A stretch of 64,000 bases of DNA from a virus. Taxonomy: Duplodnaviria > Caudoviricetes. Under the pieces are notes generated by a model. The model saw nothing but the letters and a program-made list of their open reading frames with translations, was not told the DNA's origin and searched no databases. A program made the translations under genes and the position numbers. Position 1 is the stretch's first letter; each line of letters starts with the position of its first letter. The stretch lies in the IMG/VR virus record IMGVR_UViG_3300046171_000068, positions 461 through 64,460 of that record. The stretch is one strand, 5' to 3'. Of this stretch, positions 1 to 9,351 are shown piece by piece.

Positions 1-1440
1 GGGTCAATTACAGGTAACGCAGATACAGCTACAGCTTTAGCTACAGGTCGTACAATAGGTATGACAGGTGATATTACTTGGACTTCAGCATCTTTTAATG
101 GCACAGGTAATGTAACAGGTACAGCAGCAATAGGTAGTGGTGTTATTGTCAATGCCGATGTCAATGCAAGTGCTGCAATAGATGCAAGTAAAATACATGA
201 TGGCACAGTTTCTAATACAGAATTTGGATATTTAAATGGTGTTTCTTCTGCAATACAAACGCAGATGAACACAAAGATTACAGCTAGTTCTACAGATACT
301 CTAACAAACAAGACTATCAATACAGCTAGTAATACGATTACAATAGTAGAAGCAGATATATCAGACCTCGGCTCATATATCACAGCATCTTCTACAGACA
401 CACTAACTAATAAGACATTTAATGCTAATGGAACAGGCAATAGTCTTTCTAATGTCGAGGTAGCAGATTTAGCATCAGGTGTTCTTGATACAGATATATC
501 AAGTGTATCAGGAAGTGATGATACACTAGCATCAGCAAAAGCAATTAAGACTTATGTAGATGCACAAGTTACAGCACAAGACCTAGACTTTCAGGCAGAT
601 ACAGGTGGTGCATTATCTATTGACCTAGATACTGAAACACTAACCTTTACTGGTGGTACAGGTATAGATACAAGTGGTAGTGGTAATGCAGTTACTTTTG
701 CGATTGATTCAACTGTTGCAACTTTATCAGGCACACAAACACTAACCAATAAAACAATCAATAGTTCGTCAAATACAATAACGATTACAGAATCAAACAT
801 ATCTGATTTAGGTTCTTACATTACTGCAAGTTCAACTAATACTCTAACTAATAAGTCAGGAAGTAACAGTCAATGGACTAACGATGCAGGGTTTATTACA
901 GCTTCATCTACAGATACACTTACCAATAAATCAGGTAACATTAGTATGTTTACTAATGATTCATCATACTTAACTGGCAACCAAACAATAACATTAAGTG
1001 GTGATGCTAGTGGTAGTGGAACAACAGCTATTACAGTTACAGTTGCAGATGATTCGCACAACCACATCATATCTAATGTCGATGGATTACAAACAGCACT
1101 AGATGGCAAGGTAACAGAAACTGCTAGTACAGGAAGTGCCGAAATACCTGTAGGTACAACAGCACAACGAGATGGCTCACCTGCAACTGGTATGTTTAGA
1201 TTTAACTCTACAACAACAGGATTCGAGGGCTACGATGGTAGTGCTTGGGGTGCGATTGGTGGAGCAGGTGGTGGTGCTACTGGAGCAGGTGGAGACGAAG
1301 TATTCCAAGAAAACGAAAGAGTAGTTACAACCAACTATACTTTATCTACTAATAAATCAGCTATGTGCGTTGGACCATTAACGATTAATACAGGGGTTAC
1401 AGTAACAATCCCATCAGGAGAGAGGTTAGTTATCTTATGA
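1..1440 (+). CDS. Main tail fibre (5' truncated by window; ORF track 61-1440)
   Basis: Thr/Ser/Gly-rich, repeated TLTNKT motifs; homologous to 36608-38229. Confidence 0.85.
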   Translation, partial: GSITGNADTATALATGRTIGMTGDITWTSASFNGTGNVTGTAAIGSGVIVNADVNASAAIDASKIHDGTVSNTEFGYLNGVSSAIQTQMNTKITASSTDTLTNKTINTASNTITIVEADISDLGSYITASSTDTLTNKTFNANGTGNSLSNVEVADLASGVLDTDISSVSGSDDTLASAKAIKTYVDAQVTAQDLDFQADTGGALSIDLDTETLTFTGGTGIDTSGSGNAVTFAIDSTVATLSGTQTLTNKTINSSSNTITITESNISDLGSYITASSTNTLTNKSGSNSQWTNDAGFITASSTDTLTNKSGNISMFTNDSSYLTGNQTITLSGDASGSGTTAITVTVADDSHNHIISNVDGLQTALDGKVTETASTGSAEIPVGTTAQRDGSPATGMFRFNSTTTGFEGYDGSAWGAIGGAGGGATGAGGDEVFQENERVVTTNYTLSTNKSAMCVGPLTINTGVTVTIPSGERLVIL

Positions 1441-2039
1441 CAGTTAAGATTAATGCAGATACATCAGATGGATTAAAGTTTGTATCAGATACAAGTGGTG
1501 CTATAGATTTTCAATCTAATGGTTCTACAAAAATGTCAATGGACGCTAGTGGTAATCTTACAGCAAACTCTTTTGTAGGAAGTGCATTAAAATTACTACA
1601 TGTTCAAGATGAAAAAGGAACAACAACACATGGTGGTTCTGCTAGTGCAAATACAGATAATATTAGAGATTTAAACACAGTAAAAACAAATGAAATTACA
1701 GGAGCTAGTCTTTCATCTAATCAAATAACATTACCTGCTGGAACGTATTTTGTCGAAGCATTGGCAAGTGGTTTAGCAGTAGACCATCACAGAGCATTTT
1801 TATATAACGTAACTGATAGTGATATAGAAGTTTTAGGTATGCAGATTTTCAATTCTGCTTGGAACACATTAACTAGTGGATTTTCTCCTGTTTATGGAAG
1901 ATTTACTATATCAGGCACAAAAGTATTTGAACTAAGACATAGAACACAAAGTGCAAAAGCCGATATAGGATTAGGGCATTATATGAATGATACTAGAAGT
2001 TCTATATATTCAAGTGTAATTATAAGGAAGATATCATAA
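1437..2039 (+). CDS. Accessory tail fibre / receptor-binding protein, slot 1
   Basis: N-terminus MTVKINADTSDGLK shared with 38226; beta-rich C-domain (ITLPAGTYFV). Confidence 0.7.
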   Translation: MTVKINADTSDGLKFVSDTSGAIDFQSNGSTKMSMDASGNLTANSFVGSALKLLHVQDEKGTTTHGGSASANTDNIRDLNTVKTNEITGASLSSNQITLPAGTYFVEALASGLAVDHHRAFLYNVTDSDIEVLGMQIFNSAWNTLTSGFSPVYGRFTISGTKVFELRHRTQSAKADIGLGHYMNDTRSSIYSSVIIRKIS

Positions 2040-2305
2040 TGAAATATGCACTCATAGAAGGTAATGTAGTAAAACAAATATCATATATAGTAGAAGATGG
2101 TTATGTCGAGGTAAGTGATGACGTTTTTGCTGACATGGTAAAAAAAGATGATGGCTCATATGACTACACAGATGAAGTAAAAGCAGTAGCTCAACAAGTA
2201 ATACAAGAAGAAACAGACAGACAAACAAGCAGAGCAAGTGGCAAAGCAAAGCTAAAAGAATTAGGATTAACAGATGCTCAAATTAAAGCGTTGGTAGGTG
2301 AATAA
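2039..2305 (+). CDS. Putative tail fibre assembly chaperone
   Basis: Small ORF after fibre; C-terminal KLKELGLTDAQIKAL, also in 3440-3727. Confidence 0.6.
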   Translation: MKYALIEGNVVKQISYIVEDGYVEVSDDVFADMVKKDDGSYDYTDEVKAVAQQVIQEETDRQTSRASGKAKLKELGLTDAQIKALVGE

Positions 2306-2829
2306 TGGCATTAACATTACATGGTACAGAATTAGATAATGTAGATGTTCTCGTTGATGGGAAAATTGAAGTTGATATGTTTAGACTTACTACTGACACA
2401 AGTGGTGGTACTAATGCTGATTTGACTGCAAATCTTGAAAGATGTGATACTGATGGTTTTGCTAAAATAGGAACAGGTATGACTGAATCTTCAGGTATTT
2501 TTACATTTCCACGAACAGGTGTATATGAAGTAAAAGTACATGCAATGATAGAAACAGCAGATGGTGATGGCACAGCTGTATTGGCAACTCATGTAACTAC
2601 AGATAACAGTAGTTATAATCCAAGTGCAGATGCTGTTGGTGGTGATGACCAAGGAACTAATAGTGTTCAAGTAACAGCATATTCTCAATGTTTTGTAAAT
2701 GTAACAGACACATCACAAGTTAAAGTAAAATTTGTAACATCATCTTTTGGCTCTAACTCGTATATAAGAGGAAATTCAAATAAAAATGAAACATCATTCA
2801 GTTTTATAAGATTAGGAGATAGTCAATAA
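2305..2829 (+). CDS. Accessory tail fibre / RBP, slot 2
   Basis: MALTLHGT N-terminus shared with 39278; C-domain paralogous to 2829-3440. Confidence 0.7.
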   Translation: MALTLHGTELDNVDVLVDGKIEVDMFRLTTDTSGGTNADLTANLERCDTDGFAKIGTGMTESSGIFTFPRTGVYEVKVHAMIETADGDGTAVLATHVTTDNSSYNPSADAVGGDDQGTNSVQVTAYSQCFVNVTDTSQVKVKFVTSSFGSNSYIRGNSNKNETSFSFIRLGDSQ

Positions 2830-3440
2830 TGGCATTAGTAATTAAAGGTAGTACAAGTGGGCAAGTAACTATAGATGTTCCTTCTGAAGCAGGTACACGA
2901 GCAATTAATTTTCCTGCTGTATCAGGAAATGTTTTAACAGATGGCTCGGCTCTACCTGCAATAGATGGTTCTGCATTAACAGGGCTTAGTGGTGGAATAA
3001 CACAAGCAGATATATGGAGATTGACTACAAATGTAACATCAGATACAGGTGGTGTTAGTAATTTTGAAAGAGCAGATGACGGAGTAACAGGCAAAGTTGG
3101 TAGTGGTGTAAACTTTTCAAACCCTTACTTTTCATTTAATGAAACAGGTATATATATGATTGAATCAATGGTTACTTTTGTTCCTACAGATGATAACGAT
3201 AATATAAATTGGGTTACTGTTGCATACAATAGTGCAACATCATCATCAGATACACTTACTACTGCAACAGGTGGAGACCCTATAATTTCAGCTTATTCAA
3301 CATGTTTTTATGATGTAACAAGCACGACAAATAGCAAACTTTATTTTCAAGCATTATCAATAGGGTCAGGTAGCTATATACAGGGAGACACAAATGAAAA
3401 TTTAACTTGTGTAAGTTTTATTAGACTTGGAGATACATAA
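2829..3440 (+). CDS. Accessory tail fibre / RBP, slot 3
   Basis: KGSTSG..TI..P..AGT N-terminus shared with 40581. Confidence 0.7.
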   Translation: MALVIKGSTSGQVTIDVPSEAGTRAINFPAVSGNVLTDGSALPAIDGSALTGLSGGITQADIWRLTTNVTSDTGGVSNFERADDGVTGKVGSGVNFSNPYFSFNETGIYMIESMVTFVPTDDNDNINWVTVAYNSATSSSDTLTTATGGDPIISAYSTCFYDVTSTTNSKLYFQALSIGSGSYIQGDTNENLTCVSFIRLGDT

Positions 3441-3727
3441 TGGCAAAAGATTATCTACAACTATCATTAGCTTATTTTAATACAGATAAAGGTCAATGGT
3501 ATAAATGGAAAAAAGATTATACTGGTAGTGAAAGAATGGCATATGCTAACTTAGAACTTGCAAATGATTCAGCTACAATGCCAAGTGAAGCAGATGTTAA
3601 TGCAAAAATACAAGAAATTAAAGACGCAGAAACACAAAAAGCAACTGATAAAACAAATGGCACAAACAAATTAAAAGCATTAGGACTAACTGATGCAGAA
3701 ATTAAAGCATTAACACAAAAATATTAG
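3440..3727 (+). CDS. Putative tail fibre assembly chaperone
   Basis: Small ORF after fibres; KLKALGLTDAEIKAL. Confidence 0.6.
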   Translation: MAKDYLQLSLAYFNTDKGQWYKWKKDYTGSERMAYANLELANDSATMPSEADVNAKIQEIKDAETQKATDKTNGTNKLKALGLTDAEIKALTQKY

Positions 3728-3736
3728 AGGTAACTA

Positions 3737-4461
3737 ATGGGATTAGAAACAGGAACATATATAGACAGTCTTAACAGCTCAAACCCTACAGCAGGTGATG
3801 CCGTATCTGAGGGTGATGACCATTTAAGACTTATAAAATCGACAGTAAAAGCAACATTCCCAAATTTATCAGGTGCTGTAACAAGTACACAGGCAGAATT
3901 AAATTTACTAGATGGCGTAACTGCAAACACTACAGAACTTAATTATGTAGATATAACGACACTTGGTACTGTTCAAGCGTCTAAAGCCGTAACTGCCGAT
4001 GCAAACAAAGATGTAACAGCAATACGAAACCTAACTATTACAGGTGCATTGTCAGCAGGTAGTGGACTTGTAACTATGTCAGACATATATCCTGTAGGAT
4101 CTATTTATATAAATGCAGCAGTAACAACTAACCCTGCAACTTTATTAGGATTCGGCACATGGGCAGCGTTTGGTTCAGGCAGAATGATGGTTGGTTATAA
4201 CGCAGCAGATAGTGATTTTGACGCATTACAAGAAACAGGTGGTGCTAAAACTCATACATTGAGTATTGCTGAAATGCCATCTCACAATCACAATAACCCT
4301 AAGGGTGTAAACCACCTTTCAACTCTAATGATGTAGATATTACAGGTGGTAATGGAACAACTCTTGCTGACAACATAGTAACAGACAATACTGGTGGAGG
4401 TGGAGCTCACAACAACATGCCACCATACATCGTTGCATATATGTGGAGAAGAACTGCATAA
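3737..4461 (+). CDS. Short tail fibre/collar-domain protein (frameshift near 4305-4325)
   Basis: IYPVGSIYI...GFGTW...ETGGAKTHTL; intact homolog 41464-42183; other frame ends YMWRRTA at 4461. Confidence 0.75.
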
Positions 4462-6006
4462 TGGCAACATTTGTAGCACCTGCACCTAAAGGTCTAGTAA
4501 AAGATACAAACAATACTGTATTGCCACCTGAATTTTATTCAGAAGCATCTAACATAAGATTTGCAGATAATGCAGCTAAAAAAATTAAAGGACATGACCA
4601 GGTATTCGGCACACCAACAGTAGCCCCATATTTTGTTATTAACTGGGCAATCAGGCACAAATGTATATTGGTTTATGCAGGTACAGCAAAGATTTACAGA
4701 CAAAGTGGTAGCTCAACACACACAGACTTTACAAGGTCATCAGGTGGAGATTACTCAACTAACTTAACTACATAGGAAACTGGACAGGAACTATTTATAA
4801 TGGTTTACCTATTCTATGTAATGGAGTAGATGACCCACAAGTATTAGCAACAACAGGTGCAAGTAATTTTAGCGATTTAACTAATTGGCCATCTAATACA
4901 ACTTGCAAAACTATAAAAGCATTTGGTAACTATTTAATGGCACTAATCTTACAGAAAGTGGCACAGAACTTCCTAACAAAGTTAGATGGGGAGATGCAGC
5001 AGAAAACTTTGCATTACCTTCTTCATGGACAGCTCAGCAACTAATGACGCAGGTTCTGTAACCATAGGTGATGAATCAGATTTTATTGTAGATGGTTTGG
5101 CTCTCAAGCAATCATTTGTTATATACAAAGAAAACTCTACATGGTTAGCCTAACTATATAGGGGGAAACCTTGTATTTAGTTTTCAAAAACTATTTAACG
5201 ATACAGGCGTATTGACAAGAAACTGTATAGCAGAATTTGACGGAAACCATTTTGTGGTAACGCAAGGTGATTTAATTGTACACAACGGAGTATCTAAAAA
5301 GTCTGTAGCTACTGATTTAATTAAAAGACAGCTATTTGATGATATTAATGATGCCTACTACAACTTAACATTTTGCACACACAATGTTCAGCAATCTGAG
5401 ATGTGGGTGTGTTATCCTAGTATCGGTTCACAATATTGCAATAAAGCACTAATTTATAACTATGTTAATAACTCATTTACTTTTCGTGATTTGCCTAATA
5501 TTTATCACATTGGTCCTGGAATTGTAGACCCTGGGGCAACATCCATAACTTGGAATACACAGACAGCTACATGGACAACTTATGATGGAATATGGGGAGA
5601 AAGAACCTATAATCCTACAGAAAGAAGTATATTGATGGCAGGTGTTGCAGATACTAAATTGTATCGTGGTGATTTTGGCAGACAGTTTGATGGCGAAAAC
5701 TACATATCTACACTAGAAAGAAAAGGATTAACCTTAGATGGTAATACGAATACTGTTAAACAAGTAAGAAAACTAACACCTAAAGTAGGTGGTTCAGGTG
5801 TTGTCGTTGTATCAGTTGGAAGTTCTATGTCACCTAATGGCACATATACTTATACAGCAGGACAAAACTTTGACCCAACACTTAATAACAAAGTGGATTG
5901 TAGGTCAACAGGTAAATACATCGCAGTAAGATTTCAACACACAGATAACAGTCCATTTGAACTTAATGGCTATGATTTAGAGTATGAAGTTATAGGGGAA
6001 AGATAA
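4461..6006 (+). CDS. Tail hub / DNA stabilization protein (P22 gp10-like position), several frameshifts
   Basis: Fragments 4443-4775 and 5212-6006 align with intact 42183-43727. Confidence 0.75.
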
Positions 6007-6728
6007 TGGCACAAGCTCCTAAGTATGTACCTAATCCTGTACCTGCTAACTCAGAAGATTTACCTAGATATATCTTTGAAGAACTTACTAAACTACAAGG
6101 GGCATTACAAGAAAACCCTATAGCATTTATAGAAGAAAAGAATGTTGCACCTAGCAGAGTAAAGCAAGGCGATATTGCTTATGCTGATGGTACTAACTGG
6201 AATCCAGGACAAGGTGAAAACCTATATTACTATGATGGTACTGTATGGAGAGCATTTGCAGGTGGCAGTGGTGCAGGAGATTTTGGTTTCTTTTCATCAA
6301 CAGTAGACCAATCACCAACATTAGCAGATACAGCTTATGGAATTACTTGGAATACTACAGGAGATAAACAAGGTATAACTGTAGATGGCACAGATACAAC
6401 TAAATTAAATTTTACTCATACAGGCAAATACTATATTAGTTTTCATGCTTCACTAACAGCTGATAGTGCTAGTACAAAAACTGTATATTTTTTTCCAAAG
6501 ATAAATGGAGCTACATCAGCAGCGTCTACAATTATTAGTACACTACATGAGAATGGGCAGAAGAAAGTTGTATCAAGAAATGGAATATTTAGCATAACAG
6601 CAGGACAATATTTACAAGCAATGTGGGCATCAGATGACACAGATGTTACTTTAAAAAATACTGCAGCTACATCATTTGCTCCATCAACACCATCTGTTAC
6701 ACTCAGTATTATACAAGTAAGTCAATAG
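6006..6728 (+). CDS. Tail needle/plug-position protein with variable C-terminal knob
   Basis: Sits between hub and gp14-like gene as P22 gp26 does; N-half almost identical to 43727-44449. Confidence 0.55.
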   Translation: MAQAPKYVPNPVPANSEDLPRYIFEELTKLQGALQENPIAFIEEKNVAPSRVKQGDIAYADGTNWNPGQGENLYYYDGTVWRAFAGGSGAGDFGFFSSTVDQSPTLADTAYGITWNTTGDKQGITVDGTDTTKLNFTHTGKYYISFHASLTADSASTKTVYFFPKINGATSAASTIISTLHENGQKKVVSRNGIFSITAGQYLQAMWASDDTDVTLKNTAATSFAPSTPSVTLSIIQVSQ

Positions 6729-6737
6729 GAGAAAGCG

Positions 6738-7172
6738 ATGATTTATGTATCTGGTATACCATCAAGATATATTGATGATGTTTGGGAAGACTGTAAAAAA
6801 TATGTAGAAATGGGTATTAATAAAGCTCAAGAAGAAATGAATACGCATGATATTTACTTCTTTTTAAAAGATGCAGAAATGCAACTTTGGGTTGTTTTTG
6901 ATGAGGAAAATGGAAAAGAAATTAAAGCTGTAGTTACTACACAAATTATAAACTATCCACAAAAAAAGGTCTGTCGTATTGTTACACTAGGTGGGCAAGG
7001 AATGGATGAATGGGTAGAGCAAACACTAGAAATACTGGAAGAATGGTCAATAGAACAAGACTGTGATGCTATGGAAACAGTATGCAGAAAAGGATTCGTT
7101 AAAAAATTAAAAAACTTTGGTTATGAACAAACATACACCATAGTCGGAAAAGAACTCACAACCATACATTAG
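6738..7172 (+). CDS. Virion assembly protein, GNAT-like (P22 gp14 position)
   Basis: QLWVVF...IINYPQKKVCRIVTLGG...CRKGF motif; synteny. Confidence 0.6.
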   Translation: MIYVSGIPSRYIDDVWEDCKKYVEMGINKAQEEMNTHDIYFFLKDAEMQLWVVFDEENGKEIKAVVTTQIINYPQKKVCRIVTLGGQGMDEWVEQTLEILEEWSIEQDCDAMETVCRKGFVKKLKNFGYEQTYTIVGKELTTIH

Positions 7173-7181
7173 GAGAATATT

Positions 7182-8027
7182 ATGAGTAAAGGTGGAGGGG
7201 GAGGCACAACCCAAACACAAAAATCAGAGCCATGGGCAGGTCAAGCACCTTACCTAACTAATTTATATGAACAAGCACAAAATTTATATGAACAAGGGCC
7301 GCAACAGTTCTATCCAGGCAGAACTTATGCTGAAGCTAGTCCTACAGTTTATCAAGCTGAAAATTTACAAAGACAAGCAGCATTAGCTCAAGCAGGATTA
7401 GGATATGGTTCTATTGTTCCAGGATTTCAACAAGCATTAATGAGTCCTGCACAAAGGTTTCAAGACCCAATGCTACAAGAAACATTAGCAGCAAATCTTA
7501 GACCTATAGAAGAGAGTGGTTCAAGGTTATTACAACAAGCAAGAAGGGATGCTACAGGAAAAGGCCAATTAGGCGGTACAAGACAAGCTATTTTAGAATC
7601 AGAAGTTATAAGAGATATTACTCAGAAACAAGCCGATGTTGCATCTAAATTGTATGGAGATGTGTATGGAGATGTGTTAAAAACACAAGCTGCAACATTA
7701 GGACTTGCACCAAGTATTATGAACACTTTTGCCCTACCTGCGGCAACACTAGGACAAGTAGGCCAAGCACAAACAGCAAGAGCGCAACAGCCTATAACAG
7801 AAGCTATGCAACGATTTGCATTTGAACAGGCAGCGCCAACTCAAGCACTACAGCAATATGGAAATATTGTAGCGGGTAATATTCTACCAGGCACAATAAC
7901 AACATCAGGCCAAAGCAGCAGACCTAGTTTCTTACAAGGTGCGGCAGGCGGAGCCGCAGCAGGAGCATCAATAGGTGGTGCGCCAGGGGCTGTTATCGGT
8001 GGATTATTAGGAGGACTATTTAGATAG
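7182..8027 (+). CDS. DNA ejection protein (P22 gp7-like)
   Basis: MSKGGGG..TQ..PW N-terminus, Gln/Ala-rich, Gly-rich hydrophobic C-terminus. Confidence 0.7.
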   Translation: MSKGGGGGTTQTQKSEPWAGQAPYLTNLYEQAQNLYEQGPQQFYPGRTYAEASPTVYQAENLQRQAALAQAGLGYGSIVPGFQQALMSPAQRFQDPMLQETLAANLRPIEESGSRLLQQARRDATGKGQLGGTRQAILESEVIRDITQKQADVASKLYGDVYGDVLKTQAATLGLAPSIMNTFALPAATLGQVGQAQTARAQQPITEAMQRFAFEQAAPTQALQQYGNIVAGNILPGTITTSGQSSRPSFLQGAAGGAAAGASIGGAPGAVIGGLLGGLFR

Positions 8028-8037
8028 GAGAAATATT

Positions 8038-8529
8038 ATGGAACAAGGCGGATTTTTTAACATACCAGGGCTTTTAAATTTTTTTACAAACAATCCTGTA
8101 GCCCCATCAGGTATTTTTACTTCACCTGAAGAAGTAAGAAAATTTCAACAATTGCGTTCTCCCACTTTTGAACAAAATTTAATTAAACAACAAGGAATGG
8201 TAAACCCAGTTGCTTCGGTAGACCCTAGCGGTAATGTTGGGCAAGTAACGCAAGACCAGTTACAACAAGGAATAGGTGGAGCATATAATTTAGAAACTGG
8301 GCAAATGCAGCCTGGAGGAATAATGGGTATGCTATCGAACCTAGGAGATAATTTTTCTAATATGTCGGCAGATGAAACTATGAATTTAGTACAAGGACTA
8401 TCAGGACTTTTAGATGCAACTCAACCTGCTCCTATGGATTTAAGACCGATATCAATGCCTTCTGCATCAGCAGGCCTTAGATTACAGCCAATTGACTTAA
8501 ATCAATACTATGGCAGTTTATTAAAATAG
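8038..8529 (+). CDS. Putative internal virion/ejection protein
   Basis: Position in ejection block; distant counterpart 45793-46263. Confidence 0.55.
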   Translation: MEQGGFFNIPGLLNFFTNNPVAPSGIFTSPEEVRKFQQLRSPTFEQNLIKQQGMVNPVASVDPSGNVGQVTQDQLQQGIGGAYNLETGQMQPGGIMGMLSNLGDNFSNMSADETMNLVQGLSGLLDATQPAPMDLRPISMPSASAGLRLQPIDLNQYYGSLLK

Positions 8530-8538
8530 GAGATATAG

Positions 8539-9342
8539 ATGGCAATATTAGGACCAGACGGGAGACCAGTAGAAGAAACAGTTGCTGAACAAGAAGAAAG
8601 GAAAAATCGTAAAAATACTGGCGCTCAACAAACGCAACAACAAAGGCAAGCTCAAAATAGAATAGAATTTGAAAAAACAGAAAGAGCGCAAGCAAAAATT
8701 AGAGAACAACAAAGATTAGCCGCAAGAGGACTAGGACAAAGAGCATTATCAGGTTTACTTTCGGCAGGTCGTTTTGCTTTAACAAGAAGCCCTTATGGTT
8801 TGTTGGCATATGGTGGTTACAAAGGTCTAGAAAACCTAGGAGTTTTTGGTAACAACGAAGTTCAACCACAACCTACAGTAACTGCTACACCTGTTGGAGT
8901 GCAAGAACAACAAGAACCTTCAGCAAGATTTAGTCAAGTTATATCTCCAACAACATCTGCTACTAGCAAAGAAGTTTTAAACGCTGCCTTATTAAGAGCG
9001 GGTTTAAGTTTATTGCAAGGCGGGTCAGCAAAAGAAGCATTAACCGCAGCATCTACTGTATCAGAAGCTAGAACTAAATTTAGAACTGGCGCACAAGCAT
9101 TAGCAGAAGGACAAAAGAACTTAGGAAGTACTGCTACAATATATGTATCACAAAACAAAGATGGCACATACAGTTATAGCGGTAGAACTGATGCTAACGC
9201 TACAGATATTTTAGGAAAGATTATAAGTCAATCGCAAAAGAAAATAACAAACGAAGTTTTAGAATCAGCTAAAAAAGCTAATCCTAATTTAAGTGATGAA
9301 CAAGTAATATCCGAACTTAAAAAAGTAGGATACACAGAATAA
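8539..9342 (+). CDS. Putative internal virion/ejection protein
   Basis: KEVLNAALLRAG shared with 46273-47355. Confidence 0.55.
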   Translation: MAILGPDGRPVEETVAEQEERKNRKNTGAQQTQQQRQAQNRIEFEKTERAQAKIREQQRLAARGLGQRALSGLLSAGRFALTRSPYGLLAYGGYKGLENLGVFGNNEVQPQPTVTATPVGVQEQQEPSARFSQVISPTTSATSKEVLNAALLRAGLSLLQGGSAKEALTAASTVSEARTKFRTGAQALAEGQKNLGSTATIYVSQNKDGTYSYSGRTDANATDILGKIISQSQKKITNEVLESAKKANPNLSDEQVISELKKVGYTE

Positions 9343-9351
9343 GGAGTTAAA

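Noticed and set aside
280-960. Repeated acagcatcttctacagacacactaactaataa-like DNA
   Set aside because: Encodes TASSTDTLTNK fibre shaft repeats; explained by protein periodicity.
1437-3727. Tail variability from a diversity-generating retroelement or invertase shufflon
   Set aside because: No reverse transcriptase, template/variable repeat pair, recombinase or inverted cassettes; differences are whole-domain replacements.
4300-5212. Broken collar and tail-hub genes as pseudogenes or programmed frameshifts
   Set aside because: Essential genes with several clustered 1-nt indels and an intact homolog in copy B; best explained as sequencing error.
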